IMG/VR virus record: IMGVR_UViG_3300005298_000004
From: a virus
Strand: one strand, 5' to 3'
DNA length: 23,262 nt
Shown here: piece by piece, positions 7,953 through 17,765 of the stretch
Layout: each line of letters begins with the position of its first letter
Numbering within the stretch: position 1 is the first letter of the stretch
Program-made: the position numbers and the translations under genes
Notes under the pieces: generated by a model
Seen by the model: only the letters and a program-made list of their open reading frames with translations
Told to the model about the DNA's origin: nothing
The model's database searches: none

Positions 7953-10900
7953 TTATTTATATAATTCTCTAATCTTTCTTAATTTTGCTCTATTAATAAT
8001 TAATTCTTTCTCAAAGTCATCAATTACAATCCAATCGACCCCGAATTTCTTTACTTCTCCGTTCAAGGTTCTAACTCTGTCGATTTCTCTTCTTAATGCA
8101 TCTTCATCTATTATGTCGTAAACGTATAGATATATCAGTTCTGTTACTATACTGTTTATTTCTTCTGAAAGATTTCTTGCTAAAAGATAAGCTGGATATA
8201 GATTTACTTCATCATCAGGATATCCAAACATTTTAGCTTTTTCTACGATTTTCTGAATATCTATTGAAACATATTCTCCCATGCTGACGAGTTTATCTGG
8301 AGACCAGACTGCTGTTCTAACGTATTTTTCAATCATGGCGTCGATTAAAGCTTTATCAACTATATACTTCTCAAGTTCTTTTCTTGCTTGTTCGAATGTA
8401 ATAGCACCTCTTCTAAGTCTATTAAGTATGGCGTCTATCGCCATTTTAACTGCAGATTGTGACCTTTCAAAATCAGCAAATTCGGTTAAAATTTCAATCT
8501 CTCTCTGAGATTTTCCTAAATTCTTCAGATTTTGCTGGAATAATTCTTTAGTTATATAACCATCCATATATGCATCAATCATACTTCTAATCATTTTCGC
8601 TCTCTCATCTTTTATCGGTCGTATTCTGAATATCTGCAGAATAATTGGAATTTCATCCTGCGGAACACCCATCCATTCAAGTTTCTTTTTAACGTAATCT
8701 TCTGGAATATCGATGTATTCAGCATAACTGAGTATCGTAGAAATTGAAAGCGTATGTATCTTCATGTTCTTTTCAATTAATGCATCTGCTAAATCTTCAG
8801 ATAATCCAAGTTTTATGAGCTCGTTCTTTGCAATTGCTGGATCTATTGCACCTCTTCTTACCTTATTAAGTATCCCATCGGCAAGTGTTTTCTTGTAAAA
8901 GCCGTCATACATCAATTTAGCTATTTCAATGAATACTTGCTTTTCTTCTTCTGTAAGGGATGCATTAGCTACAATTTGATTGATTATTGTATTAAATTCG
9001 GCTTCACTCATGAAGCCTTCTGAAAATCTGTAAAGAATTCTGTATAGCATATATCTATACCAGTATCTTATTCTTTCCACAGTTCTAACTTTTTTCAATG
9101 CATCAGCAACTGGTTGATATAATTTGTAATATTCATCATCTAAGCCTAATGCTGGCAATTCTAATGATTTTGATATCGTAATAAGCTCTTCTTTAAGAGA
9201 TTTTGTCATTCCATCGAACGGAACTATATTTTCAACTACGCCTCTAAGCAAATCTTTAAAGTAATCTTTCATAATATCCATAGCTCTATCGTATTTCGCT
9301 CTTAATGCAAGTAATTTTATTTCACCATCAATAAAGCGAACTGGAACCTCTTTTCCGAGAATGTTTATTGTGGTTAAATTCGATAAAGTATTCATAAAAT
9401 TATTTATAGTCATGAATCCTTCTTTATACATATTTATTATGCCAGTTCTTACTAAAGTTCTTTCTTCCTGCAATGCATTCATGCACTCTGCGATTGTTAT
9501 TGGTTCAACCCATTTTGGATGCATTCCTCTTGAGACCACTATTAAGAATAACGCTTTTTCATCGAAATACTGATTGCCAGTTATTTCAGAAATTTCTTTT
9601 GGAATCGGAACAGACCATTTATACATCCATCTTGCATCGATTCTCATCGGAATATCGGCCATTAAGTCGAGATAAATGAGATTATCAGCTGTCCAGCCTT
9701 CAAGCCATGAAAACGGTGCGTAATCGTGCCATTTTGCGTAATGTTTGAGAACTTTTGAAACTATATCATTAAGCCTTTTCGCTACTTCCTCACTCGTGAA
9801 ATTCGATAAACCATAAAATCCCATAAGCCTTACTGGCGATACAGCTCCTTTTGCTCCTAAATCTTCCTCAATCGTTGGCTCTTCAGTTATCCACGCCTGC
9901 TTTGCGACCACTCTGCATGAAAAAGTCCATAAATCGCTCATACTTGGATACTTATAGTGTAGCAAGTAGTAGAGTTTTGCAAAATCTTCATAATAGCCTT
10001 TCATTGACATTAACGTTTTGAAGCTCTTTATTGCAAGTTCTGGTTTATTTGGAACTGAGAACAAATCTCTAATCATCATTCTCGAAAGGTCGCTTGGAGT
10101 CGGTAATTCATACAGCAAGCTAATTGGTGCTTTTCTTACTCTGCCAAATCTATCATAAAATTCGACAGACCACCCTTTAACATCCGCAGTAGTTGTTAAC
10201 CATGAAATCACTTCATCATTATATCCATGTAAACATAAATATCTATACATGCTTTCAAGAAGCCTATTAAATTTATTAGTTGGCATATGTCTTCTCGTTA
10301 TTTCTCTCATTTCAGCTATAGTTGGTAGTTCGACTGGTAATACATTCCTCCACATTGCGTTTGCAAGTTTTGAAATTGGTTGTGTTACCCAAATTGTCAT
10401 ACCGTAAAGCAGTCCTCTTCTAAATTCATCAGCATACTTTCCCATCATCTTTGCAAGACGAATAAACGGCTCTCCAACGTTGAATTTTATTTTAACTGTC
10501 TTCTCACCTTTAGCCTCACCTTCACCTTCAGCTCCGACTCCTGCTGGACTGCTTTTAGCTTTACCAGCACCTTTAAGAGTTACTGTAAACGAAGTTTCAT
10601 ATTTACTGAAAAATCCTCCAAGTTTAGTTAATGCAATTTTCATTCCGTTTGCAATATATTCTGAACCTATGAATACTACTGCTGTTGAACCTATCAATAA
10701 TACAGTCTCAATTAGCTGTCCTTTTTCTTTTCCAGCTACAATTCTGTCAATAAGGTCTAAAAAGAGCTTTTCGATTGGAACTGCTATATTAGAATATATC
10801 TTTTCAAATATACCTATTATAAGTTTAGATGTAAATTTACCAATAGGCTCCCATAACGATTGTGAAAAATTAACCAATCCCTCAACTACTGTCCAAAATC

Positions 10901-12437
10901 CGCTTAAAACAGTTTTTACTAAATTTGATGCAACAGTTACGAATCCGTTATAAAGAAGAACTGCAGTATCGTTTAAAACTTTAGGTATCATTTTTACTAA
11001 ATTAGAAATCATACTCGTTATTCCTGAATATATCCATGATAAAACACCGCTAACTGCATTCCAGACATCCAATAAAAACGTATTTAACGCACCGATTGGG
11101 TCTTTAACGAATCCTAATATCTTATTCCATATTACGTCAGCTACATTAGATATGAATTTGTAAATCGAATCAAAAGTTTTCCATACTGAATCAATTGCAT
11201 TCTTTAGCCAATCTGGAACTCCATTCCATATCCACTGCCCAAATGCACTAAATGCGTCAGAAATCGGCTTTATTACGTTTTTATTAAACCATCCTAATGG
11301 GTCTTTAGCAATTTCCGTAAAGAAGTCGCCAATCGCTTTAAGATAATTCGGAATGCTGTTTAGGAAATCGATTACATTTTTACGTATTTGTTCAAAGAAC
11401 AGAGCTATTCCAACAAGTGGATTAACGAAACCCTGAAAAGCAACAGCTATTTCTTTCATTCGTTCTGGTATATCTTTTACTTTTTCGAAAATCGCATCAA
11501 AAATCGGCTTTATGAACTCATGAATTTTCTCTGGAATTTCAGGAATAAAAGTAGCAATACCTTTTATCGCATCACCTAATGGAGTAATCGTTTTAACTAT
11601 AAATCCAGGGATTGCTGATACGGCTTCAAAAAGATTGCTCATCGATGATTGAATTGCTGACATTAAGCTTTGTATTGAACTTACTACCGATTGAAATCCT
11701 GCAATCGTTGCATTATATATGTTGGTTATGGTGTTAGTAATACTTTGTAAAACATTTTGTATATTTTCTACAAGACCACTAATGCTCTTATAGAGTGATT
11801 GTAACGTGTCGGATACTGCATTTTGTATATTGCTGATTGCACTAACAATATTCTGTAAACCTGACTGAAATGCTATTGAAACACTTTGAATTGAACTAAC
11901 TATGCTTGATAAACTTGTTTGAACTGTATTAGCTATATTTTGAACGATGTTGCTGATATTTGTAAAAGCATTTTGCACAACGTTTTGAATTGTTGATATG
12001 ATGCTTGATGTTGCAGTTGATATTAAATTCGTAAGATTACTGATACTACTTTGTAATGCATTTAAAACTGAAGATATTGAACTTGATATTGAACTTAAAG
12101 CACTTTTTAAATAACTGTATATAGAATCAAATGAAGATTTTACAGAATTTATAATCGAATTAACTGCATCGGATATAGCTTTTAAAACAGAAGTGCTTAA
12201 ACTCGATAATGCTGATTTAATCGTATTAATTATATAAGAACCAACATCTTCTATAAAATCCATTATTATTGTCGCCAACTGACCGAGTGGGTCGGTTACA
12301 CCGCCGTGTTCTACAAGAAACTCGTCCTCAATAACTAAATCGAGAGTTAAATCTTCTACAGGAACTACTTTACCAAATACGTTTACCAAAAGTTCAATAT
12401 CCGGTTTAAATTCGGTTACGGTTTCAGCCGACATCAT
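7953..12437 (-). CDS. 1494-aa large virion protein: tape-measure-like amphipathic helical N-half and helical-repeat C-terminus; candidate terminal-structure protein
   Basis: Long S/N/I/V-rich amphipathic periodic region, W-spaced repeats, hydrophobic segment, Gly-rich hinge, duplicated C-terminal units; start overlaps the upstream stop (ATGA). Confidence 0.85.
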   Translation of the reverse strand: MMSAETVTEFKPDIELLVNVFGKVVPVEDLTLDLVIEDEFLVEHGGVTDPLGQLATIIMDFIEDVGSYIINTIKSALSSLSTSVLKAISDAVNSIINSVKSSFDSIYSYLKSALSSISSSISSVLNALQSSISNLTNLISTATSSIISTIQNVVQNAFTNISNIVQNIANTVQTSLSSIVSSIQSVSIAFQSGLQNIVSAISNIQNAVSDTLQSLYKSISGLVENIQNVLQSITNTITNIYNATIAGFQSVVSSIQSLMSAIQSSMSNLFEAVSAIPGFIVKTITPLGDAIKGIATFIPEIPEKIHEFIKPIFDAIFEKVKDIPERMKEIAVAFQGFVNPLVGIALFFEQIRKNVIDFLNSIPNYLKAIGDFFTEIAKDPLGWFNKNVIKPISDAFSAFGQWIWNGVPDWLKNAIDSVWKTFDSIYKFISNVADVIWNKILGFVKDPIGALNTFLLDVWNAVSGVLSWIYSGITSMISNLVKMIPKVLNDTAVLLYNGFVTVASNLVKTVLSGFWTVVEGLVNFSQSLWEPIGKFTSKLIIGIFEKIYSNIAVPIEKLFLDLIDRIVAGKEKGQLIETVLLIGSTAVVFIGSEYIANGMKIALTKLGGFFSKYETSFTVTLKGAGKAKSSPAGVGAEGEGEAKGEKTVKIKFNVGEPFIRLAKMMGKYADEFRRGLLYGMTIWVTQPISKLANAMWRNVLPVELPTIAEMREITRRHMPTNKFNRLLESMYRYLCLHGYNDEVISWLTTTADVKGWSVEFYDRFGRVRKAPISLLYELPTPSDLSRMMIRDLFSVPNKPELAIKSFKTLMSMKGYYEDFAKLYYLLHYKYPSMSDLWTFSCRVVAKQAWITEEPTIEEDLGAKGAVSPVRLMGFYGLSNFTSEEVAKRLNDIVSKVLKHYAKWHDYAPFSWLEGWTADNLIYLDLMADIPMRIDARWMYKWSVPIPKEISEITGNQYFDEKALFLIVVSRGMHPKWVEPITIAECMNALQEERTLVRTGIINMYKEGFMTINNFMNTLSNLTTINILGKEVPVRFIDGEIKLLALRAKYDRAMDIMKDYFKDLLRGVVENIVPFDGMTKSLKEELITISKSLELPALGLDDEYYKLYQPVADALKKVRTVERIRYWYRYMLYRILYRFSEGFMSEAEFNTIINQIVANASLTEEEKQVFIEIAKLMYDGFYKKTLADGILNKVRRGAIDPAIAKNELIKLGLSEDLADALIEKNMKIHTLSISTILSYAEYIDIPEDYVKKKLEWMGVPQDEIPIILQIFRIRPIKDERAKMIRSMIDAYMDGYITKELFQQNLKNLGKSQREIEILTEFADFERSQSAVKMAIDAILNRLRRGAITFEQARKELEKYIVDKALIDAMIEKYVRTAVWSPDKLVSMGEYVSIDIQKIVEKAKMFGYPDDEVNLYPAYLLARNLSEEINSIVTELIYLYVYDIIDEDALRREIDRVRTLNGEVKKFGVDWIVIDDFEKELIINRAKLRKIRELYK

Positions 12438-12835
12438 CTACCACCTCTTATCCTCAATAAAGGTCTCGTTCTCAAATAAAATTGAACCTCAGAAATAACT
12501 TTATTTTTAAGTTCTTGTGGGTCTTTAACTCTGATATGAAAAGTTGGAGAAATATAATCACCCTCAACGATTCTGCAACCTAACAGATAAGATTTAAGCG
12601 GTAATTCTTTTCCAATTTTATTAACTTCCATTATTTCTAAATATATGGTCTTTTTAGAAACTACTTCAATATTTGGCTTAGAAAGTTCAGTTTCTGTTGG
12701 ATTTACAACGATTTTTGCATCTACAGAATGTATAATACCTTTACTACCGTCAGGTTTTATTACTTCTTGTTCTTTTCTTTCTTTAATATAATATACATCA
12801 AATTGTATTTTATCTCCACTATTTACTTCAAGCAT
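12434..12835 (-). CDS. Hypothetical 133-aa protein
   Basis: In-operon ORF, translationally coupled to the 1494-aa gene; TATA-like ATTTATTT about 25 nt upstream. Confidence 0.75.
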   Translation of the reverse strand: MLEVNSGDKIQFDVYYIKERKEQEVIKPDGSKGIIHSVDAKIVVNPTETELSKPNIEVVSKKTIYLEIMEVNKIGKELPLKSYLLGCRIVEGDYISPTFHIRVKDPQELKNKVISEVQFYLRTRPLLRIRGGR

Positions 12836-12891
12836 TAATTAAAAATATGCTTTTAAAAATAAATGCTTTTCTATCAGATTCGATAAAAATG

Positions 12892-13137
12892 CTATCCTAA
12901 TGATTTTTCGATATTAGATAATGCTCTTATGTGATTATCCAACACCTCTTTCAATTTATTTTGAGCATTTTCTTTATCGCTGATATAAACAAAACCGTGA
13001 GAAAGCTCCTGCAATCCCTTTAAAAAAATATAATGAACTTCATAAACTTTTATACCGCCTAATTCGACGAATGATTTTACTTTAGTTACTTTCAAACTGT
13101 ATCCTTTATCATCTATTTTAAACCCCTCTCTTATCAT
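12892..13137 (-). CDS. Hypothetical 81-aa protein
   Basis: In-operon ORF on the coding strand, 7 nt after the previous stop. Confidence 0.7.
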   Translation of the reverse strand: MIREGFKIDDKGYSLKVTKVKSFVELGGIKVYEVHYIFLKGLQELSHGFVYISDKENAQNKLKEVLDNHIRALSNIEKSLG

Positions 13138-13144
13138 AATTCAA

Positions 13145-13435
13145 TTACTTTCTTTTCTTAACCTCTTTAGCTCTCGAAGCAGACCTGACTGTAACCATAG
13201 CCTTATCCTGCAGTTCTTTCATAATTTTGGCTATCTCTTTTGCGATGTTAAAAACTCCGCACTCTTCTCTATCACCACATTCGCACGTAGCAACTTCAAA
13301 AACGAGTTTAGTAGAATAATTCAAAAGCTCTGCCTGAATGTTCCTCAATTCTTCAGCAAGCTTTGAATCTATGTCCGCAATTAGTTCATTTGCATTAGTC
13401 ATAAAATCTTCCGATTTAATTTCCTCAACATCCAT
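13145..13435 (-). CDS. Hypothetical about 96-aa helical protein with CxC-x5-C motif (start revised to ATG 13435)
   Basis: TCECGDREECG; TATTTATA box about 26 nt upstream of ATG 13435 fits a leaderless start better than TTG 13444. Confidence 0.7.
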   Translation of the reverse strand: MDVEEIKSEDFMTNANELIADIDSKLAEELRNIQAELLNYSTKLVFEVATCECGDREECGVFNIAKEIAKIMKELQDKAMVTVRSASRAKEVKKRK

Positions 13436-13470
13436 ATTTAACAATATATTGTCATGCTATAAATATTTTT

Positions 13471-14700
13471 TCATGTTACCATCGTCGATTCGATATCAGA
13501 TACACCTTTTAAAATTTTTACAGCATTTATTATATCTCTTAAGATTTTTTCATCATAACCCATCTTTTTGTATTTTTCAATCAAATCATCTTCAGTTAAA
13601 AGACGCTTCCATTGTTTGTATTTTCTGCTCGATTTGTAATGCATGTAAACGTATTCTTTTGCAAAAGCAACGTATCCTGCTCTTAAATTGCTAACAACGC
13701 CATAACGGTCTAAAATTGGTCTTACTCTTTCGATAATATGCTGTAGCCTTGCCTGATGCTTACCGCCTTCCCATTCAAGTTCATGCCTCTTTTGTAAAAA
13801 GAAAGTTCTCTGATAAATAGTATGCGTTGGAGTTGGCATTTGTGCAGTATACTCACTAATTTCGGGTCTAATTTCAACATTAAAATATTGTGTAATCGGA
13901 GTTTTACTCGAACGTATTTTAAATTCGTTTATTCTTTTTTCAAGCTCTTTTGCAAGCGGTTTTAGATGTGTTTGTCTATACGATTCTGCATTTGGAATCA
14001 CTCTACAATAATTTACTCTTGAGTAATTTACTGTTGTTTCATAAGGATATGCAGTATAAAATTGTTTTTCGGATTTAAAATCATCAGTTGTTCTCATAAG
14101 ACCAATACCGGACTTAAGCCCACGTCTGATTACTGATTGCATAACTTTAGATAAATTTACGATTGAAAAGCCGACATAAGCACTATTCAGCACTTTACCT
14201 TCAACTTTCATTAACTTTTCAATCATCATATCGATATAATGCTTAGATACTCCTTTCTTTTCGAGAATCTCTTTGTTTAACTCGATATATTTTCGCAGTG
14301 TTTCACCAACGTTTTTATAATCTGGAGAACTATCTTCAGTAGTTTTATATCTCATATCCCATAAAAATCTTGCGAGGTCTTGGTAAAGAATCTCTGGAGG
14401 GTCATATACACTTTCGCCGTATTTAGTTTGTCCATAATAAGCTTTATTTATTTTCGGCCAATCAAATCTGAAATCTGGCATCTGAAAATCGAATTCCTCA
14501 AATGGGAAATGCAAATCAAGCGATAAGTAAAAATCGAGTAAGAAATTAAATTCTAAATTGAAACTTATTGATAAATCGATATCGGGCAATGAAAACTCCC
14601 ATCTAAGCATGTTGAGGTTAAGCCAGTCTAAATCAGTGGTTTTCTCTATGTAATCTTCTTTCCTGTCTCGAATTTTTGCAACTGGGTCTACTCGTGGCAT
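13471..14700 (-). CDS. 409-aa minor structural protein with C-terminal SIRV2-MCP-like domain (MCP paralog)
   Basis: HQARLQHIIERVRPILDRYGVVSNLRAGYVAFAK...GYDEKILRDIINAV aligns with GQAVLTDIEKRVRGILDENGIFGISRVPYLNLAR...GLDATIVEEVIQAV of the 121-aa MCP. Confidence 0.75.
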   Translation of the reverse strand: MPRVDPVAKIRDRKEDYIEKTTDLDWLNLNMLRWEFSLPDIDLSISFNLEFNFLLDFYLSLDLHFPFEEFDFQMPDFRFDWPKINKAYYGQTKYGESVYDPPEILYQDLARFLWDMRYKTTEDSSPDYKNVGETLRKYIELNKEILEKKGVSKHYIDMMIEKLMKVEGKVLNSAYVGFSIVNLSKVMQSVIRRGLKSGIGLMRTTDDFKSEKQFYTAYPYETTVNYSRVNYCRVIPNAESYRQTHLKPLAKELEKRINEFKIRSSKTPITQYFNVEIRPEISEYTAQMPTPTHTIYQRTFFLQKRHELEWEGGKHQARLQHIIERVRPILDRYGVVSNLRAGYVAFAKEYVYMHYKSSRKYKQWKRLLTEDDLIEKYKKMGYDEKILRDIINAVKILKGVSDIESTMVT

Positions 14701-14706
14701 AATACA

Positions 14707-15819
14707 CTAATTAATTTCTATAATTTCATCATCATGTAAATTAATTAATTCGAGAACTTCTGCAGGTATCTTAAGTTTAAGTTCTTTCATTAATTCTGCA
14801 TATTTTATATGATAATCCCAATTTTTCGTCCATTCCCTGGCTTTTATACAATACTCATTATATTCATCTTTGCTGTTTTTGTAAACGTCTATCGCATAAG
14901 CGATGACTTCTGCAAGCATATCTGGAGTAAATAAGTGAAATATCCAGTTTTGATAAGCATTCGCTTTAACTATCTGCTTATCGATGTAGCTAAATGTAAA
15001 ATTGAATTCTGAAGATGAAAACTCGTTTAAAGGCGGAAAATCGCAATGTATGGCTGGAATTCCTACAGCATTAGCTTCTAAAACTGGTAATCCGAAACCT
15101 TCACAAACTGCTGGATGGATTAAATAATCACAGCTGGCTATGTAACCTAAAATTAATTCATGTGAAGAACCTCCAAAAGGCTTGATAAAAACTACATTAT
15201 TGATTCCATCGAATAACTCTTTAGCACTTTCATCAGTTATCAGAAAAACGATGTAATCGTTTTGATAACCTTTATCATTTAATATTTTAAGTGCTTCAGC
15301 AAAATTTTTCAAATTCTTTCGAGGGTCATGTCTTGCAACCACTATGAATTTTATTTTATCTTTAGCATAATTATCTATTTGTCTTTTTTGATACTGATTT
15401 TTATTTCGGATTTCGCCACAAAGCCTCCAATCTACTGCATGATGAATCACCTTTTTTACTTTTAATCCAGAATTCACTAAACACTCTCTTACATAATTGC
15501 TGACCGCTATAAATTCACACTTTGTTATATTAGAATTAATAACGTTTCCTTTCGTTAAATATCCTTCGCAAGTAACGTATAAAAATTTTGGTTTATCACT
15601 TAAGATATATGGAACTATGGCATCACCAATGAAATTTATTGTTGCAAGCTGAAACCATGCACCCGCTATAACATCATCAGATTCTAAATCCTTCAAAGAT
15701 ATCATAGATTTAAATACTGCTTCATACTCACTCTTTTCAACCAACTTTTTGAATAACATTGCTTGATTTATCATCGAATCTGCATTAAGTGACGAAATCA
15801 ATACCGTTTTACCAACCAT
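14707..15819 (-). CDS. Glycosyltransferase, GT4 (GT-B fold)
   Basis: VARHDPRKN and HPAVCEGFGLPVLEANAVGIPAI (EX7E) motifs; adjacent to the MCP as in rudiviruses. Confidence 0.92.
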   Translation of the reverse strand: MVGKTVLISSLNADSMINQAMLFKKLVEKSEYEAVFKSMISLKDLESDDVIAGAWFQLATINFIGDAIVPYILSDKPKFLYVTCEGYLTKGNVINSNITKCEFIAVSNYVRECLVNSGLKVKKVIHHAVDWRLCGEIRNKNQYQKRQIDNYAKDKIKFIVVARHDPRKNLKNFAEALKILNDKGYQNDYIVFLITDESAKELFDGINNVVFIKPFGGSSHELILGYIASCDYLIHPAVCEGFGLPVLEANAVGIPAIHCDFPPLNEFSSSEFNFTFSYIDKQIVKANAYQNWIFHLFTPDMLAEVIAYAIDVYKNSKDEYNEYCIKAREWTKNWDYHIKYAELMKELKLKIPAEVLELINLHDDEIIEIN

Positions 15820-15838
15820 ATTTATAAATAAACATCAC

Positions 15839-15854
15839 AATATAAAAGTTTTTC
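15839..15854 (-). promoter_or_regulatory. BRE-TATA promoter of GT4 operon (GAAAAAC-TTTTATAT)
   Basis: About 25 nt upstream of ATG 15819; no SD present, consistent with a leaderless transcript. Confidence 0.6.
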
Positions 15855-15879
15855 TTATGATTTTAAAAATTTATCAATT

Positions 15880-15894
15880 AAAAAAAAAGAAAAA
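15880..15894 (-). terminator. Oligo-T archaeal terminator after the MCP gene
   Basis: TTTTTCTTTTTTTTT on the minus strand about 45 nt downstream of the MCP stop. Confidence 0.6.
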
Positions 15895-15936
15895 GGGAAT
15901 CTCTGAAAAATTTCTGAATTCTAAGTATTATTGATT

Positions 15937-16302
15937 TTAATAACTCGTTGTGCCTATGACTGCCTGAATGACTTCCTCAACGATGGTTGCGTCGAGACCT
16001 TCAGCAATAGCCTTCTGCTTCCATGCGTTAGCTACTCTCTGCAAAGCCAAACCGCTGTTGCTTCCGCTCGCCCTAACAAGGGCTCTTGCAAGATTCAGAT
16101 ATGGAACTCTCGAAATTCCGAAAATTCCGTTCTCATCAAGAATGCCTCTAACCCTCTTCTCGATATCGGTCAAAACGGCCTGGCCTCTTTGCTGAAGCTG
16201 AACCATCTTATTCTTTCTTATTTCGAACTTAGTTTTGACTACGTCAGGTATTACGGCAAGCTCGTAATTCTCAACCCTATCCGTAAAATCCCTATACGGC
16301 AT
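15937..16302 (-). CDS. Major capsid protein, SIRV2-like alpha-helical fold (Tokiviricetes)
   Basis: 121 aa; V..IL.E.GI.G..R..Y...A..L.RA...SG.AL......K...I....D.......V...I.G pattern matches the rudivirus MCP as recalled. Strong SD AAGGAGGTGA, own terminator, C-ending codon bias suggesting high expression. Confidence 0.82.
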   Translation of the reverse strand: MPYRDFTDRVENYELAVIPDVVKTKFEIRKNKMVQLQQRGQAVLTDIEKRVRGILDENGIFGISRVPYLNLARALVRASGSNSGLALQRVANAWKQKAIAEGLDATIVEEVIQAVIGTTSY

Positions 16303-16455
16303 TCACCTATCACCTCCTTTATTTTTTTTGTTCAATATGATTATAACATTCATAATAAAATAAATTTTTCGGTCTTTTTATTAATTTCGTTAGATAATAT
16401 AAATTAAGTCAGCAATAGCTAAATATATATACTTTAAGTTACGAAAATTAAGTAT

Positions 16456-16800
16456 ATGAATAACATAATTAGTCCAAACATAAAAGAAGTCTCTGAGACA
16501 ATTCGCCAGGATGATGATGAAAATGAAAAAGATGAAGATATTTCTAAATTATCGCTTACAGAAAAAATTGCATTAATATTAAGACAAAAATTTAAAAACA
16601 TTCCAGAAAAAGAACTAAATGATTTGGCGAATGAGCTTGCAATTGGGCTACTTGATGCAGAATCACGAAAGCATTATGCATTAGGTATATTGCATAGAGC
16701 TAAAAACTACGTGCATGGATATCTTAAAGACTATCGAATTGAAAGCGAAATACAAGATAAAACTTATCCTCTTGTGTTAGTCGTAAAAATTTATTTCTAA
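16456..16800 (+). CDS. Hypothetical 114-aa protein; the only convincing plus-strand gene
   Basis: Occupies a gap with no minus-strand gene; AAATATATATA box at about 16421-16431, about 25 nt upstream; converges on the minus-strand operon. Confidence 0.7.
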   Translation: MNNIISPNIKEVSETIRQDDDENEKDEDISKLSLTEKIALILRQKFKNIPEKELNDLANELAIGLLDAESRKHYALGILHRAKNYVHGYLKDYRIESEIQDKTYPLVLVVKIYF

Positions 16801-16811
16801 AAAAAATTTAT

Positions 16812-16973
16812 TTATAAAAGTCTATTAATTTCGTTTATCAAAGTTATTGCGTATTCTCTTATTTGCTTTAACGTATTTTTATCAGCAGAACTTAAAGGCG
16901 GTCTAACGTCGTCCATCAAGATTAAAGCGTTCTCAAGGCTTCTTTTAACAAGTTCTAACGATTTATTAGTCAT
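16812..16973 (-). CDS. Hypothetical 53-aa helical protein (below the ORF-track cutoff)
   Basis: SD GGAGGTGG; MTNKSLELVKRSLENALILMDDVRPPLSSADKNTLKQIREYAITLINEINRLL*; followed by a T-run. Confidence 0.7.
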   Translation of the reverse strand: MTNKSLELVKRSLENALILMDDVRPPLSSADKNTLKQIREYAITLINEINRLL

Positions 16974-16976
16974 ATT

Positions 16977-17165
16977 TCAACACCACCTCCTAAAATGTTT
17001 ACAAACAAAATTTGGATACACATAAATTGGGTCTCTCTTAAGCATGCATTTTCCAGTGATTTCACTGTCTGGCTTAAAATGCATGCATACAAGACATCTT
17101 CGATAAATACTACCTTTGTTCAGATGCTTTTCAAGAAGTTTATCTAAAGCTGATTTTTCTGACAT
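16977..17165 (-). CDS. 62-aa Cys-rich putative Zn-binding protein
   Basis: CLVCMHF...C...CKHF pattern. Confidence 0.7.
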   Translation of the reverse strand: MSEKSALDKLLEKHLNKGSIYRRCLVCMHFKPDSEITGKCMLKRDPIYVYPNFVCKHFRRWC

Positions 17166-17328
17166 TATGAACCACCCACTCAGCGACTTTTGCTATTCCA
17201 TACATAATCAATCCTGCGAGGGTTGCGAACATTAAGAATATCAATGGAACAATAGACATAATAAAAATTATTATTGCGATAGACTTCAATATTGCTTCAA
17301 TCAAAAACATTTCCATTTTGACCACCAC
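17140..17328 (-). CDS. 62-aa membrane protein
   Basis: About 40-aa hydrophobic stretch; start overlaps the upstream stop. Confidence 0.65.
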   Translation of the reverse strand: MVVKMEMFLIEAILKSIAIIIFIMSIVPLIFLMFATLAGLIMYGIAKVAEWVVHNVRKISFR

Positions 17329-17765
17329 TACTTGAATATTATTCTTGCCATCGCAAGCTTTGTTTCATCATTTAGTTTAGCACTTTGTTTACCCTGTGGG
17401 GTCTCGATAAATGTATCTATTGCACTTTTTACGTTATTCAAGTCTACTCCAAGTCTTGTTTCAATCTGATTAATGGTTGCTAATGTTTTTTTCTTGTATC
17501 GCATTATATCACGTTCATCGAATTTTTGTTCTACAGCATGTTTAAGCTGAGCTACTGAATTCACAAGTTTAAAAGCATACCAAAGCCCCCTATCAACGTC
17601 GTAACCATGATGATACTCCTTATCTCCGCTTTTATATGTTTGTTCTTTCGCAAATTGCCTCACTGCAAGCTCAATTACCTGGTATTTCTTTAATCCTCTT
17701 CTTTTCGCTACTTCATCAACAATCTTCTTCACATCTTCTTTTACGGCAATATGCTTCCACACCAT
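17328..17765 (-). CDS. Ribbon-helix-helix (CopG-like) DNA-binding protein with C-terminal extension
   Basis: KHIAVKEDVKKIVDEVAKRRGLKKYQVIELAVRQF fits RHH; SD GAGGTGA. Confidence 0.7.
   Translation of the reverse strand: MVWKHIAVKEDVKKIVDEVAKRRGLKKYQVIELAVRQFAKEQTYKSGDKEYHHGYDVDRGLWYAFKLVNSVAQLKHAVEQKFDERDIMRYKKKTLATINQIETRLGVDLNNVKSAIDTFIETPQGKQSAKLNDETKLAMARIIFK

Noticed and set aside
10480-10953. 157-aa plus-strand ORF and the other plus-strand or alternate-frame ORFs nested in long genes
   Set aside because: Lie within well-supported genes, lack SD or promoter signals, and show no recognisable motifs.
782-12437. Head-tail (Caudoviricetes) prophage
   Set aside because: Despite tape-measure-like and collar-like proteins, no HK97 capsid, portal, terminase or tail tube is recognisable, and a Tokiviricetes-type MCP is present. 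Only the rest of the genome can exclude it fully.
15931-16407. 158-aa plus-strand ORF
   Set aside because: Antisense to the MCP gene; long open antisense frames are expected from its biased codons.
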